Assembly (NCBI GenBank): GCA_035656275.1
Contig: DASRSW010000001.1
Location: forward strand, 3,490 to 67,489
From: Thermoplasmata archaeon
GTDB lineage: Archaea; Thermoplasmatota; Thermoplasmata; Lutacidiplasmatales; UBA184
Length of the DNA stretch: 64,000 nt
Direction of reading: 5' to 3'
Made by a program: the position numbers and the translations under genes. Shown here in pieces: positions 43,876-53,674 of the stretch. How positions within the stretch are numbered: the first letter of the stretch is position 1; every line of letters starts with the position of its first letter. The notes beneath the pieces were generated by a model. It saw only the letters and a list, made by a program, of their open reading frames with translations. It was not told the origin of the DNA and did not search any database.

Positions 43876-45939
43876 TCAGAACGAAAAGAGACTCTCCATC
43901 GGGGGGAACTGCGGGCTCCCGTCATATCCCCCATCGCTGCCGAGGCCGAGCAGCCATTCGATCGTCGTTTGGACGCTATAATCGGTCGCGTTGTCCGCGT
44001 AAAGACTGCTCGCCGAGAAGGGGCTCACGGCGACCATGTAGCTGTGGCCGCCGCAGACGGACAAGGGGTGGCCGGTCATGCTCTGGCACCACGGACTAAC
44101 CAGACCCCCAACGGAGTAGCCGAGATTCGTCGATCCCTCGTCGTAGGCGATGAAAAAGACCGTGCTCGAGAGCAGCGCCTGGACGAGCGGATCGCTGCTG
44201 TTGAGTATGGGACTGAGGAAGTCCTTCAACCATCCGTCGCACGATGCGATGGTCGAGTTGTGACAGTCGTTGACCTCATTCGGAATGTACAGTGCGAAGG
44301 CCGGCAGCGTACCGTTGGCCAGGCTCTGGTTGAAGGAGCGACTGTTGAGCAGGTGACTGTCGCATCGCGAGCTATTCTTGACCACATCGGAGTACGATAG
44401 GAACGGGTCGTGGTAGATCGTGTACGGGAAGGCCGACGCCGAGTCGCACGCGGTCGGCATCGACTCGAAGTAGCCCGCCCAGTTGAGACCGGCCCGGTCG
44501 ACGAGGTCGCCCAGATTCTGCACGCCTTCAACACCGAACGACCCGCAGCCGAAGGCTCGCCCGCTCGTGAGGGCGGTGTACTCGGGTTTCGACTCGTGGC
44601 AGGCGGCGTAGAAGGCGCTGGCATGCCCATAGTGCTTCCACAGGTAGCTCTCGTAGGGGCCGGACTGGAGCACCGAGGCGAGTTCGTTGTTCTCCAGCAC
44701 GAGGACGACGACATGCCGGATGGGGTCGGCGGTAAACTGGATGGTGCCGGCCGCCGTCGACGCTCCCTGGACGGTCAGGGTGCCCCCGGCGGGCGAAGCG
44801 GTGAAGGCGGTGGTGCTGTGATCGGTGTACGCATAGGTTCCGTTCGCCTCCGCGATGCGTACCGCTTCCGGCGCCGTGACGTTGACGGTGATGCTCCCCA
44901 CCGTGACTCCCCAGCCGGCACCGTCCGGAAGGCCCCGCTGGGTGAAGGTGAGCCAGTATTCCCGAGGCCCCGCGGGACCCGAACCGCGGACGGCGAGGGC
45001 TGCGGCGACCCACGCCGACGTCTGATTGCTGCTCGCATTCACCCACAACGGACCGTCCACGGGCCCCTGCCCCGATTCGAACACGGTCACCGTCATCGCG
45101 TTCCGCGATGGGGCGCTCAGGACCCCCACCGCCTGATCGACGCGGACGGCGCCCCCGAGGCCGGTGAAGTTGTCGTAGTTGCGGGCGGCAATGCCCGATA
45201 GCACGCAGTCCGCCGCGCGCGCATCAACGTCGGAGGCCGTCGTCCGACTGGCCTGGCCAGTCAGGTTCGAGCTCGTGTTCACGGGTCCGACGGCATCCAG
45301 GGGAGAAGCGGCGACCCCCGTGACGTCCACGAAGGCAATCGCCGAATCGTTGGGACTGTTCCTGTAGCGAGGGTGCAGCGTCACCGAGAGGGTAGTGGCG
45401 CTCCCGCCAGTGACGGAGGCGGCCGACCACACTGAAAGGCCGTTCGAGGAGCCTCCCGAACCATAGGCCATGGATCTGTTAATGATCAGAGTGAACGGGT
45501 CGCCGTTGCTATCCGTTACATTGGCGACGGTGTCCGCGCCGTAGATCGCGACCCAAACGAAGATCGAGTCCCCGGGATCGGAGACGAACGGCCGCGAGCT
45601 CCCGCTCGTCGTCTGTTCAATGGCGAACCCCCCGTGAGAGAGGATCATGGGCCCGCTGGTTTCCTCGGGGAGAATCCCCTGGAGGGAGCCCCCGCCCGTC
45701 TGGGTGGGCGGACCCACCGCTACGACCGTAGTCAGGAGAGAGATCGCGATGGCCCAGCCGGAAGATAGTCCGACGGGAAACCTCACCGTCGTTGAGTGTC
45801 GTCGTCGGCACCGGCGGGGAGACGTGGTCGCGTCCCACTGAGGGTACGCGCCGCCGCCGGACCATCGCGCCTTGAGCGCCATGATCACACTACCGTCGTG
45901 AGACGGACGACGGCGGATAGCCCCCCGCTTGTCAGCCAC
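43876..45939 (-). CDS. Secreted/anchored phosphoesterase-family protein (AcpA/PLC-type) with large N-terminal beta-rich region
   Basis: 687 aa from GTG 45939 (alternative ATG 45882). It has a TM/signal helix (WAIAISLLTTVVAV) and a ~330-aa unknown beta-rich part that includes YWLTFTQRGLPDGAGWGVTV. The phosphoesterase domain follows: IRHVVVLVLENN...YFESMP...FFIAYDEGS. It is a paralogue of 52438..53460. Confidence 0.75.
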   Translation of the reverse strand: MADKRGAIRRRPSHDGSVIMALKARWSGGGAYPQWDATTSPRRCRRRHSTTVRFPVGLSSGWAIAISLLTTVVAVGPPTQTGGGSLQGILPEETSGPMILSHGGFAIEQTTSGSSRPFVSDPGDSIFVWVAIYGADTVANVTDSNGDPFTLIINRSMAYGSGGSSNGLSVWSAASVTGGSATTLSVTLHPRYRNSPNDSAIAFVDVTGVAASPLDAVGPVNTSSNLTGQASRTTASDVDARAADCVLSGIAARNYDNFTGLGGAVRVDQAVGVLSAPSRNAMTVTVFESGQGPVDGPLWVNASSNQTSAWVAAALAVRGSGPAGPREYWLTFTQRGLPDGAGWGVTVGSITVNVTAPEAVRIAEANGTYAYTDHSTTAFTASPAGGTLTVQGASTAAGTIQFTADPIRHVVVLVLENNELASVLQSGPYESYLWKHYGHASAFYAACHESKPEYTALTSGRAFGCGSFGVEGVQNLGDLVDRAGLNWAGYFESMPTACDSASAFPYTIYHDPFLSYSDVVKNSSRCDSHLLNSRSFNQSLANGTLPAFALYIPNEVNDCHNSTIASCDGWLKDFLSPILNSSDPLVQALLSSTVFFIAYDEGSTNLGYSVGGLVSPWCQSMTGHPLSVCGGHSYMVAVSPFSASSLYADNATDYSVQTTIEWLLGLGSDGGYDGSPQFPPMESLFSF

Positions 45940-46362
45940 TTACTCGCTATACGAAACCCCCGAGGACGGCGGGCCCGGGTCGGACCTTACCTGATATGCC
46001 GCCGGCGCTCCGAAGAGATGGGCTCGGGTCGAGCGCTTCGACGCACCGACCGCGCCGCGGGGCTTGGTCCGCCGCTCGACCATCTCTCTTGCCCCGCCGC
46101 CTAGACCCGCGAGCGGCGGCGACCCAACCGCCGCGACCGGCCTCGGGGGAGCGGCGGAACCTACCCACTGACCGTACGCATAGGAAGTTCCGAGCGGAAA
46201 CGTCCCTCCCCGTCGATTACCGATGCCTCAAGACCGTCGGAAGGCCCTCCGAGGGCGAACGGGGGGAGGTGAATCGTCACGCATGGGCCCCTGTGAGCAG
46301 GGAACGACCTCGCGGGTCGCCCGTCCCGGTCCCCTTGGGGGAGCGGTGACGACCAACGTCCG

Positions 46363-48201
46363 GTGTGCGGCATTAACGGCGTAAACCGCGGCGACGAGCG
46401 GCTCGTCCGCGCGATGAACGGGATCCTGCATCATCGCGGGCCGGACGACGAAGGGACCTTCGTGGACTCGGGCATCGCGCTCGGCTGCTGTCGCCTCAAA
46501 GTGATCGACCTGACGTCCGCCGGACACCAGCCGCTCCAGAACGAGGAGGGAACGCGCTGGATCGTCTTCAACGGAGAGGTGTACAACTACCGACAGTTGC
46601 GCGCCGAGCTCACGGCGATGGGCCGGCCGTTCCGTTCCGAGTCGGACACGGAAGTTGTGCTCCAGGCGTACGAGGCGTGGGGGATTGACTTCCTCGACCA
46701 CTTGGAGGGCATGTGGGCGGTCGCGATCTACGACGCGGCCCTGCAGGAGCTGTACCTCGCCCGCGACCGGATGGGGATCAAGCCGCTCTATTACTTGGCC
46801 GAAGGGATGACCTTCGCGTTCAGTAGCGAGCTCAAGACGTTCACCGTGCCCCCCTTGCGGCGCCCCCTGGACCCGCAAGGCCTGCGCGAGCTCGTCGCCC
46901 TCGGATTCAATCCGGTCCGCCGAACGTGCCTGAGGAACGTCTGGAAGCTGCGCTCGGGCGAGCTCCTCCGCTATTCGCTGCGCGACCTCCAGTTCCGGAC
47001 CCGACGGTACTGGCGACGGAATCCCCCCCGGGAGTCGGAGTCCGACGGCGTGGCTACGGTTCCGCAGGTCGTACGCGCGGCCGTGGAGAGCAATCTCGTC
47101 AGCGATGTGCCCGTGGGGACGTATCTCTCCGGGGGAATCGATTCTTCCCTCGTGACCTTGCTCTACGCCCAGGCCTACCCGGGCAAGCTCCGCACCTACA
47201 CCGTCGGCTTCGACGAAGGGCGGGACGAGCGACCCTTCGCGCAGGCCGTGGCCGAGCTGGCCGGGTCCGAGTATCACGAGGTCACGATCTCCCCGCACGA
47301 CCTCGAGCAGCAGTTCGACCGCATCAGCTACGCCTACGATCTTACGCTGACGGACCCCGCGTTCGTCCCGAACTACTTCCTCGCGCGACGGGCCAAACAG
47401 GACGTGACGGTGGTTCTGGCGGGGGAGGGGGGAGACGAACTGTTCGGCGGGTACGATTACTACCGTTCCTTCCGGCTCGCCCGGGCGACCGGGCTTTCGT
47501 CCCTGGTCGGTGGGGTGGGACGCCTGATGCCGTGGAGCGAGGGAGGGGGGCCCTGGGGAGCGGCGACCCGCAAGGGGTTCACCACCATTGGCCACTTGGA
47601 CGGCAGCGCCGGCTACGTGGTTGATCTCTATTCCCCCTTACCGGTCGACCGCGTCGTCCGGATGCTGGACGGATACGCACCGTCGCTGCTTCAACGGGAT
47701 ATCCTCTCCGAGACGCAGCAGGAACAGATCCCCCCCGGCAACGGGGCCTTTCTGCTGTACGACCAGATGTTCCTGCTCGCCGAGAAGTTCAATCCGAAGG
47801 CCGACAAGGCGTCGGCGTTCTTCAGCATCGAGGAGCGAGTTCCCTTGCAGGAACGGTCCGTGGTCGACCTGGCCAATCGGTTGCCCCTCCGCGCGAAGCT
47901 CGGGCTCACTCAGGGCAAGCTGCCGTTGCGGGCCTTGCTGGCCTCCGAAGCCCCCCTCATCTCCCGGCGCCGAAAGCAAGGATTCGAGCCGCCGATCTCG
48001 GCGTGGCTGCGCGGCCCCCTCGCGGGCCGGCTCGAGACCGCCGTCCGGCGGTTATCCGACCTGGGGGCCGTGCGCCCGCATGGGGTCGACGCCCTGCTCA
48101 CGAAGGTCTCTCAGGGGGGGGCGAGCACGAACGAGCTTCGGTTCGCGTGGAATCTCCTGGCCGTGGGAGCGGGCCTGGGCCAGTACGGCTATGGCGGCTG
48201 A
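46363..48201 (+). CDS. Glutamine-hydrolysing asparagine synthase (AsnB-type amidotransferase)
   Basis: 612 aa from GTG 46363, which gives the obligatory N-terminal MCGI (Cys nucleophile). It has HRGPDD and the PP-loop YLSGGIDSS. Its position in a glycan gene cluster suggests a sugar amidotransferase role. Confidence 0.85.
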   Translation: MCGINGVNRGDERLVRAMNGILHHRGPDDEGTFVDSGIALGCCRLKVIDLTSAGHQPLQNEEGTRWIVFNGEVYNYRQLRAELTAMGRPFRSESDTEVVLQAYEAWGIDFLDHLEGMWAVAIYDAALQELYLARDRMGIKPLYYLAEGMTFAFSSELKTFTVPPLRRPLDPQGLRELVALGFNPVRRTCLRNVWKLRSGELLRYSLRDLQFRTRRYWRRNPPRESESDGVATVPQVVRAAVESNLVSDVPVGTYLSGGIDSSLVTLLYAQAYPGKLRTYTVGFDEGRDERPFAQAVAELAGSEYHEVTISPHDLEQQFDRISYAYDLTLTDPAFVPNYFLARRAKQDVTVVLAGEGGDELFGGYDYYRSFRLARATGLSSLVGGVGRLMPWSEGGGPWGAATRKGFTTIGHLDGSAGYVVDLYSPLPVDRVVRMLDGYAPSLLQRDILSETQQEQIPPGNGAFLLYDQMFLLAEKFNPKADKASAFFSIEERVPLQERSVVDLANRLPLRAKLGLTQGKLPLRALLASEAPLISRRRKQGFEPPISAWLRGPLAGRLETAVRRLSDLGAVRPHGVDALLTKVSQGGASTNELRFAWNLLAVGAGLGQYGYGG

Positions 48202-49201
48202 CGGAGCGGCGCACCTCCGGGGGACCGCGCCGGGGGGAAGCGGCCTCCCGCCGGCCGGCCCACGGCGGGTGCGGGAGCTGCTCTACGTGGTTGGACATCA
48301 CCGGTCCGGGGCGACCGCCTTCGGTTCGATCCTCGCGGGGGATCCCAAGGTATTCTTCGTCGGGGAATTGTACCGCTTCCCGAACCCGATCTGGACCTCC
48401 GGCGACGGCCGACGCCTCTGCTCGTGCGGCGCTCCGGTCCTCTCGTGCCCGTTCTGGAACGAGGTGCGCCGCCGCGCCGAATCCGAGGGGCTCGTCGAGC
48501 AGCTGCGCCGGGGTCAATCGACCTATGAGCGTTGGAGCGGGCTCCCCCGCACGCTCCTGGCGAGCGCGCTCCATCGTCCGGGGCTCCGGAGGCATTGTGA
48601 AGCGATGGTTCGCTTCCTCGAGATCCTTGCGGACTGTTCGGGGGCCGACATCCTCGTCGAGTCCGGACCGAGCGCCGCGCGCGCCCGTGTGTACTATGAG
48701 GCGAGGGCCCTCGGTCTCAACGTGCGATTCATCCACATGGTCCGGGACGGGCGAGGATTCATGGTCTCGGAGCTGCGCACTGGGCCGGACCCCGAAGCGC
48801 CCGGAGATTGGATCCATCATCCGCTCGTCGTGGCCGGCCGGTGGGCGTGGATGAACCTTGCCGCGGTCCTCCTCTGCGGGGGGGACCGCTCCCGCTACCT
48901 GCGGATCCGCTACGAGGACCTTTTGCGGGACCCCCGTCGCGCCCTGGAGGAGGTCGGGAGGATCGGCGAGCTGGATCTCACCGACACGGCGAGCCGGATT
49001 GAGAGCGAGGTCCCCATCCCGATGCGCCACCTCGCCGCCGGAAACCGGGTTCGACTCGAGGGCGGCATCGTCCTCCATCGACAACCCCCGGCCACTCCGG
49101 CACTCCCGTGGGTCGCGAGCGCGGTGTTCTGGGTGACCGCGGGCTGGATCGCGGGGCTCCTCGGATACCATCCGCGCGAAAGCTACCGGCGTCCCGGATA
49201 G
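48191..49201 (+). CDS. Sulfotransferase-family protein
   Basis: 336 aa from ATG 48191, overlapping the asnB-like stop by 11 nt. The PAPS 5'-phosphosulfate loop candidate is VVGHHRSGATAFGS. IHMVRDGRGFMVS and LRIRYEDLLRDP are typical of bacterial/archaeal sulfotransferases. The tail is hydrophobic. Confidence 0.7.
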   Translation: MAADGAAHLRGTAPGGSGLPPAGPRRVRELLYVVGHHRSGATAFGSILAGDPKVFFVGELYRFPNPIWTSGDGRRLCSCGAPVLSCPFWNEVRRRAESEGLVEQLRRGQSTYERWSGLPRTLLASALHRPGLRRHCEAMVRFLEILADCSGADILVESGPSAARARVYYEARALGLNVRFIHMVRDGRGFMVSELRTGPDPEAPGDWIHHPLVVAGRWAWMNLAAVLLCGGDRSRYLRIRYEDLLRDPRRALEEVGRIGELDLTDTASRIESEVPIPMRHLAAGNRVRLEGGIVLHRQPPATPALPWVASAVFWVTAGWIAGLLGYHPRESYRRPG

Positions 49202-49334
49202 TTTCGTTCGCCCCGGAAGGCTCGCGAGCCGCGAACGGGCGGCTGGCCGCCGGCTCAACGTGGCCTGTCTCGGAGGTACGCCCTAACCGACTCGTAAGGG
49301 AACGTTGAGGCTATAGGTCGTAGCTTTCCGGGTC

Positions 49335-50246
49335 GTGTCCGCCGCCGAGCCCGACGACGGGCCGACCGACTTCTACCGTACCGAGTACTTGTTCGCCTGC
49401 GCGGTGGCGATGATCGTCTACCTGGGGGCGGTCGTGATCGTTCCGACGCCCCTCCTGGAGGTCCCCCTTGGGATGGCCGAGCTGCTCTTCATCCCGGGCT
49501 ACGCGATCGGCGCGCTGCTCTTCCCCGGCCGCTCCCATCTGCCCCTCGCGGCCTCGTTCGCAATTGTCGCCGGGCTCAGTGTGGCGATCAACATCTTCCT
49601 CGGGCTGGGCGCCCTCGCGTTGCACGGCGGCCTTCCGGCCCCGTTCTTCGCGACCGTGGCCGCGGCGCTCGCCCTCCTGGCGCTCGCGGTCCGCCTTAGG
49701 GACGCTCCGATGGTGGCCACGCGGCTACGACGGGCCGTGTCCGTCCTCAGTGCCATGCCCGGATTCACCCTCGGCCAGCGCCGCATGGCGTTCGGACTCC
49801 TCGCCGCGACCGCCATCGCCCTGGCGGCGATCGTCTACCTCTCCGCCGTCCACCCGAACGTCCATCCCGCGGCCGCGCTGGCTCTGGAAGGGCCGGGCGG
49901 TTCCGTCGCCGCGCTTCCGACCCAGGGCACGGTCCGCAGCGTCTTGGCCGTGTGGGTCTCCGTCACGAGTGGAGGCGCCTCCCAAGAGCTTCAGCTGGCG
50001 CTGCAATCGGTCAACATCTCCGCCAGCCCGACCAACGGCTACCACGTCATTCCGTGGTCGCTGCCGTTGGCGCTCGGCAACGCGACGCAGAGCTCCACCG
50101 CGTTCAATCTCCCCGCGTCGCAGACCTATGTGCTCAACCTCACGTTCAGCTACAGCTACCCGGGGGAGTACGCCATCTACCTCACGCTCGCGGACTCCGG
50201 CGGGGCCACGCTGCGGACCGCGGCCCTGACGGTCCAGATCCAGTAG
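49335..50246 (+). CDS. DUF1616-like membrane protein
   Basis: 303 aa with a GTG start. It has four TM helices including MAELLFIPGYAIGALLFPG (the PGY motif I associate with DUF1616), then a sequon-containing beta-rich external domain. Confidence 0.55.
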   Translation: MSAAEPDDGPTDFYRTEYLFACAVAMIVYLGAVVIVPTPLLEVPLGMAELLFIPGYAIGALLFPGRSHLPLAASFAIVAGLSVAINIFLGLGALALHGGLPAPFFATVAAALALLALAVRLRDAPMVATRLRRAVSVLSAMPGFTLGQRRMAFGLLAATAIALAAIVYLSAVHPNVHPAAALALEGPGGSVAALPTQGTVRSVLAVWVSVTSGGASQELQLALQSVNISASPTNGYHVIPWSLPLALGNATQSSTAFNLPASQTYVLNLTFSYSYPGEYAIYLTLADSGGATLRTAALTVQIQ

Positions 50247-50270
50247 CGCCCGGCGCCCGCCCCGGGCTGC

Positions 50271-52193
50271 TCAGGCCACCGGGGGAATCCGGTCGATGAC
50301 GAAGATGGTGAAGACGGAGTTCTGGTAGATCTCGGAGAAGTAGAACGGGTTGAAGAACTTCTGGAGGTCCGCGGGCGCGATGGCCGCCGTCGGTTGCTCC
50401 GTCGCCGGCCCGTCGAACACATCCGGCAGGTAGGAGGTGGTCATGTACGCGTCCAGGACCACGTAGTCGCCGACGGCGAGCTGCGCCACGGCGCTGCGGA
50501 CGAACCCGGTGCCGTTGAAGAGCGGAAACCCGTTGTAATGGACCCGAAGGTGGCCAAAGCCGGAAAAGGTCGTGGTGACGAGCTCGTCCCCCCAGAGCGC
50601 GTGGCTCCCGTTCAGGTGCGCCTCCGCCCACTCGGCCGCGCTGAGCGCGTTCGGGTCGACGTAGCGGGGGGCGTCGATCAGGGTCGCGGCCCCCGGGGAG
50701 AACTGGTCGCGCGTCGTCAGCGAGACCATCGAACCCCCGCCGAACATGAGGAAACCGGCCACGACGGGCACCGCGATGGTGGTAACCCAGTCCGGCCGGC
50801 CGCGGGGGCGGCGGCGGGGGAGGAACGGAGCGGCGTGTTTGGCGGCGGTCTCGCCGAGACTATGGAGAAGCCACCAGGCCGCCGCGGGACACAGGATCAG
50901 GCCCACATACTCCAGCAGGCGAAGCGCCAGGAAGCTGAATCCGGTCGACACGAACGGAAGCGCGATCACGCCCACGAGCAGCGACGAAAGGAGGGCGAAC
51001 GCGACGAACGGCTCGTCGCGCCGTCGGCGAGATACACGCAAGGTCAAGAGCGACCCCACGACCAGGAGCAGGACCGCGAGCCCGATCCATGCGAGCTCGT
51101 CCACGGGGAAGGTCCCCCCCGGAGTGTTGACCGGACCCCCGCCCGGATGGAGCACCCCCGCGAGGTTTGCCTTCAGGAGCCCGTACTGGAGGGCAATCAC
51201 GGGGTAGGATACGAGCGCCGAGTAGCCCGCCCACGCGACCAGCACCACGAGGAACAGCAGGGGCACCTGCGCCCGCGGGAACGCGTTCGGTCGACGCAGC
51301 ACCAACGGGAGGGTCGCCATCGCCAGCAGCCACAGGAGCAACACGTAGCCGCTCACGTGGTGGCTGAGGAGGACCGCGACGGAGAAGACGACGGTCACGG
51401 CCGCGAGTCCGACGCGATGGTGCTCGGCCGCCGCGAGACAGACGATGCCGAGGACGACGAGCGCGAAGAACGCGATCGCGAAGTCCTGTTGGGTGGGTTC
51501 GCCGAATTCGATCGAGGGGACGGCGAGGTAGAGGAACATGCCGAGCATGGCCACCCGGCCCCCGAACAACTGACGGCCGATGGCGTAGACCGCGGCCGGC
51601 AGGACGAGGAGGCGGAAGAGCGGGTACGACCAGTTGAACGTCGACAGGATCGGGAGTCCGGTGAGCGAGGCGACCTCGGCGTTGTAGACCGCTCCACCGG
51701 GAAAGTAACTGTACGTGACCGCCTGCCCGGCGACGTCGAGGGTCGGGCTCCAGGTGGCGTTCGCGAGGACTGCTTGGGCGAACGAGAAGTTGAAGACCGC
51801 ATCCCGAGAGTACGGGATGCCGTACGGGCTCCACAGCGGGTAGATCAGGACGACCAGCAGCACGGGAAGCGGAACGAACGCCAGGGGGACGCGGCGGCCG
51901 ACGGTGAGCAGGAGCGGGCAGGCGGCCATGCCCAACGCCACGACGTAGAGGTCGCGCGTGGCGATGCCGTGCCAGTACGCTCCGACCCCCTCGAACTTGT
52001 AGCCGTAGAGGAGGGCGGCGACGCCCAGAAAACCAAGCAGGCTCAGGAAGAGGGCCAGGAGCGCCGGCCCGCCACGCGGGGGATCCGGGGGCGGTGGTGG
52101 CGGAGGTGGCGGAGGGGGCGGGGGGTCCGCCCGCGGACTGGGCGGTGGGCGCGTGAGCGGCTCCCCCGCGCGCAGTGGCCAGACCCGGGCCAT
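50271..52193 (-). CDS. Large polytopic membrane protein with C-terminal soluble domain (GT-C-like glycosyltransferase or polymerase candidate)
   Basis: About 640 aa from ATG 52193 (alternatives ATG 52304 and 52430). It has a cytoplasmic 13-proline run, more than 12 TM helices, and a ~180-aa C-terminal external domain. There is no WWDYG motif, so it is not a canonical AglB. Confidence 0.5.
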   Translation of the reverse strand: MARVWPLRAGEPLTRPPPSPRADPPPPPPPPPPPPPDPPRGGPALLALFLSLLGFLGVAALLYGYKFEGVGAYWHGIATRDLYVVALGMAACPLLLTVGRRVPLAFVPLPVLLVVLIYPLWSPYGIPYSRDAVFNFSFAQAVLANATWSPTLDVAGQAVTYSYFPGGAVYNAEVASLTGLPILSTFNWSYPLFRLLVLPAAVYAIGRQLFGGRVAMLGMFLYLAVPSIEFGEPTQQDFAIAFFALVVLGIVCLAAAEHHRVGLAAVTVVFSVAVLLSHHVSGYVLLLWLLAMATLPLVLRRPNAFPRAQVPLLFLVVLVAWAGYSALVSYPVIALQYGLLKANLAGVLHPGGGPVNTPGGTFPVDELAWIGLAVLLLVVGSLLTLRVSRRRRDEPFVAFALLSSLLVGVIALPFVSTGFSFLALRLLEYVGLILCPAAAWWLLHSLGETAAKHAAPFLPRRRPRGRPDWVTTIAVPVVAGFLMFGGGSMVSLTTRDQFSPGAATLIDAPRYVDPNALSAAEWAEAHLNGSHALWGDELVTTTFSGFGHLRVHYNGFPLFNGTGFVRSAVAQLAVGDYVVLDAYMTTSYLPDVFDGPATEQPTAAIAPADLQKFFNPFYFSEIYQNSVFTIFVIDRIPPVA

Positions 52194-52437
52194 CGGTGGG
52201 GGCCACTCGGGCTCGGGAGCGGCGCCCGCCGTTCGTTCCGACCGTCGCGCGCCAACGACGCCTTCCAGGGGCGGAGGGAAGGCTCGCGGCGTCCCACCGG
52301 CCATGGCTGGGCCTTGGGGTTGCCGAAGGTCCTCCCCCGACTTCCGCTCCCCCGGCGTCACCAACTGGTCCGCCGCCCGGGAGGTGTGGCCGGGAGAGGA
52401 AGCTCGCAGGTGCGGGCGGCGGGCTCCCATCGACGGC

Positions 52438-53460
52438 TCAGGGGCTGTTGGAAGAGAAGGTGAACAATCCCGTCATGGCGGGAAAATCCGAACTGCTGTC
52501 GTAGCCGCCGTCGCTGGGCAGGCCGAACAGCCATTCGATGGTGGAGGCGACGCTGAACGAGCTAGCGTCGCTCGTCAGGCGGGTCCCGAGCGAATAGGGG
52601 CTCACGACCGTGAGGTAGACGTGGCCCCCGCAGGTCGAAAGCGCTTTGCCGGTGGTTTGCAGGCAGTCGGGGGTGATGACGGTGCTGGCGTAGCCGGCGT
52701 TGGTCGATCCCTCGTCGTACACTACGAAGAACGCGGTGGAGCTCACCAGGGTCTGCTCGGGCGCGTTGGTGGAGTTGAGGATCGGGGAAAGGAAGCTCCT
52801 CAGCCACTGGTCGCAGACGACCAGCGGCGAGTAGTCGCAGTCGTCGATCGAATTGGGCACGTAGAAGGAGACCGTCGGTAGCGTCCCGTTCGCCACGCTG
52901 GCGTTGAACCGTTCGCTGGGGAGGACGTGCGAGGCGCACCGCGCGGGGTGGTCGATGATGTCATCGTACGCGACGAAGGGATTGTGCCAAGCGACGTAGC
53001 TCCCCTGCGTGTACGGATAGCAGGCCGAGGGCATCGATTCGAAGTAGCCGGCCCAGGAGAGGCCGGCCTTTTCGAGCACATCGGGGAGGTTGGTGGCATT
53101 GACCGCCCCGGTCACGTTGGCCCCGCAGTTCTCGCTCCGGCCGCTGGTCATGGCGATGTAGTTCGGCGGAGACCCGTGGCAGAGGGCGTAGAAGTTCGTG
53201 GCGTTTCCAAAGTGAGCCTGGAGGTACCGCTCGTACGGCGCAAGCGCCCAGACATCTCCGACCTCCCGGTTCTCGAGGACGATGACGACGACGTGCTGGA
53301 TCTTCAGCACCGGGACGTTGGCGGGGCCTCCCGGGTTGGCCGGGGGGGAGACCCAAGGGACGCGGAGGGGCGCCGACCCCATCACCGCGAAGAGGAGCCC
53401 GCTCAGGACGAACATGGCGACCGCGGCGACGGCGATGGGCACGCGCATTCGCCGAGCCAT
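52438..53460 (-). CDS. Secreted phosphoesterase-family protein (AcpA/PLC-type)
   Basis: 340 aa from ATG 53460 (MARRMRVPIAVAAVAMFVLSGLLFAV signal). It has IQHVVVIVLENR, YFESMPSAC and FFVVYDEGS. The C-terminal STIEWLFGLPSDGGYD...FP.M..LF.F is shared with 43876..45939. Confidence 0.8.
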   Translation of the reverse strand: MARRMRVPIAVAAVAMFVLSGLLFAVMGSAPLRVPWVSPPANPGGPANVPVLKIQHVVVIVLENREVGDVWALAPYERYLQAHFGNATNFYALCHGSPPNYIAMTSGRSENCGANVTGAVNATNLPDVLEKAGLSWAGYFESMPSACYPYTQGSYVAWHNPFVAYDDIIDHPARCASHVLPSERFNASVANGTLPTVSFYVPNSIDDCDYSPLVVCDQWLRSFLSPILNSTNAPEQTLVSSTAFFVVYDEGSTNAGYASTVITPDCLQTTGKALSTCGGHVYLTVVSPYSLGTRLTSDASSFSVASTIEWLFGLPSDGGYDSSSDFPAMTGLFTFSSNSP

Positions 53461-53674
53461 CGTCCCTCCGGGCCGGACCTGCTCCGGACGCACGCCGGGT
53501 GAACCCAGCGGGAGCGTCCGGACCGCCCCCGTGCCCCCCTCTACGCTCGGGGGCGGTTTCATCGCGCCCCCCACGGCGAGGGGTGGAGTCCTCCCACCCG
53601 CGCCATAAGTGGACGAGGGGCGAGAACGGGTAGTCTACCTTTGGGAAGGGTCCGATTATGTCCTAACCAACCGC

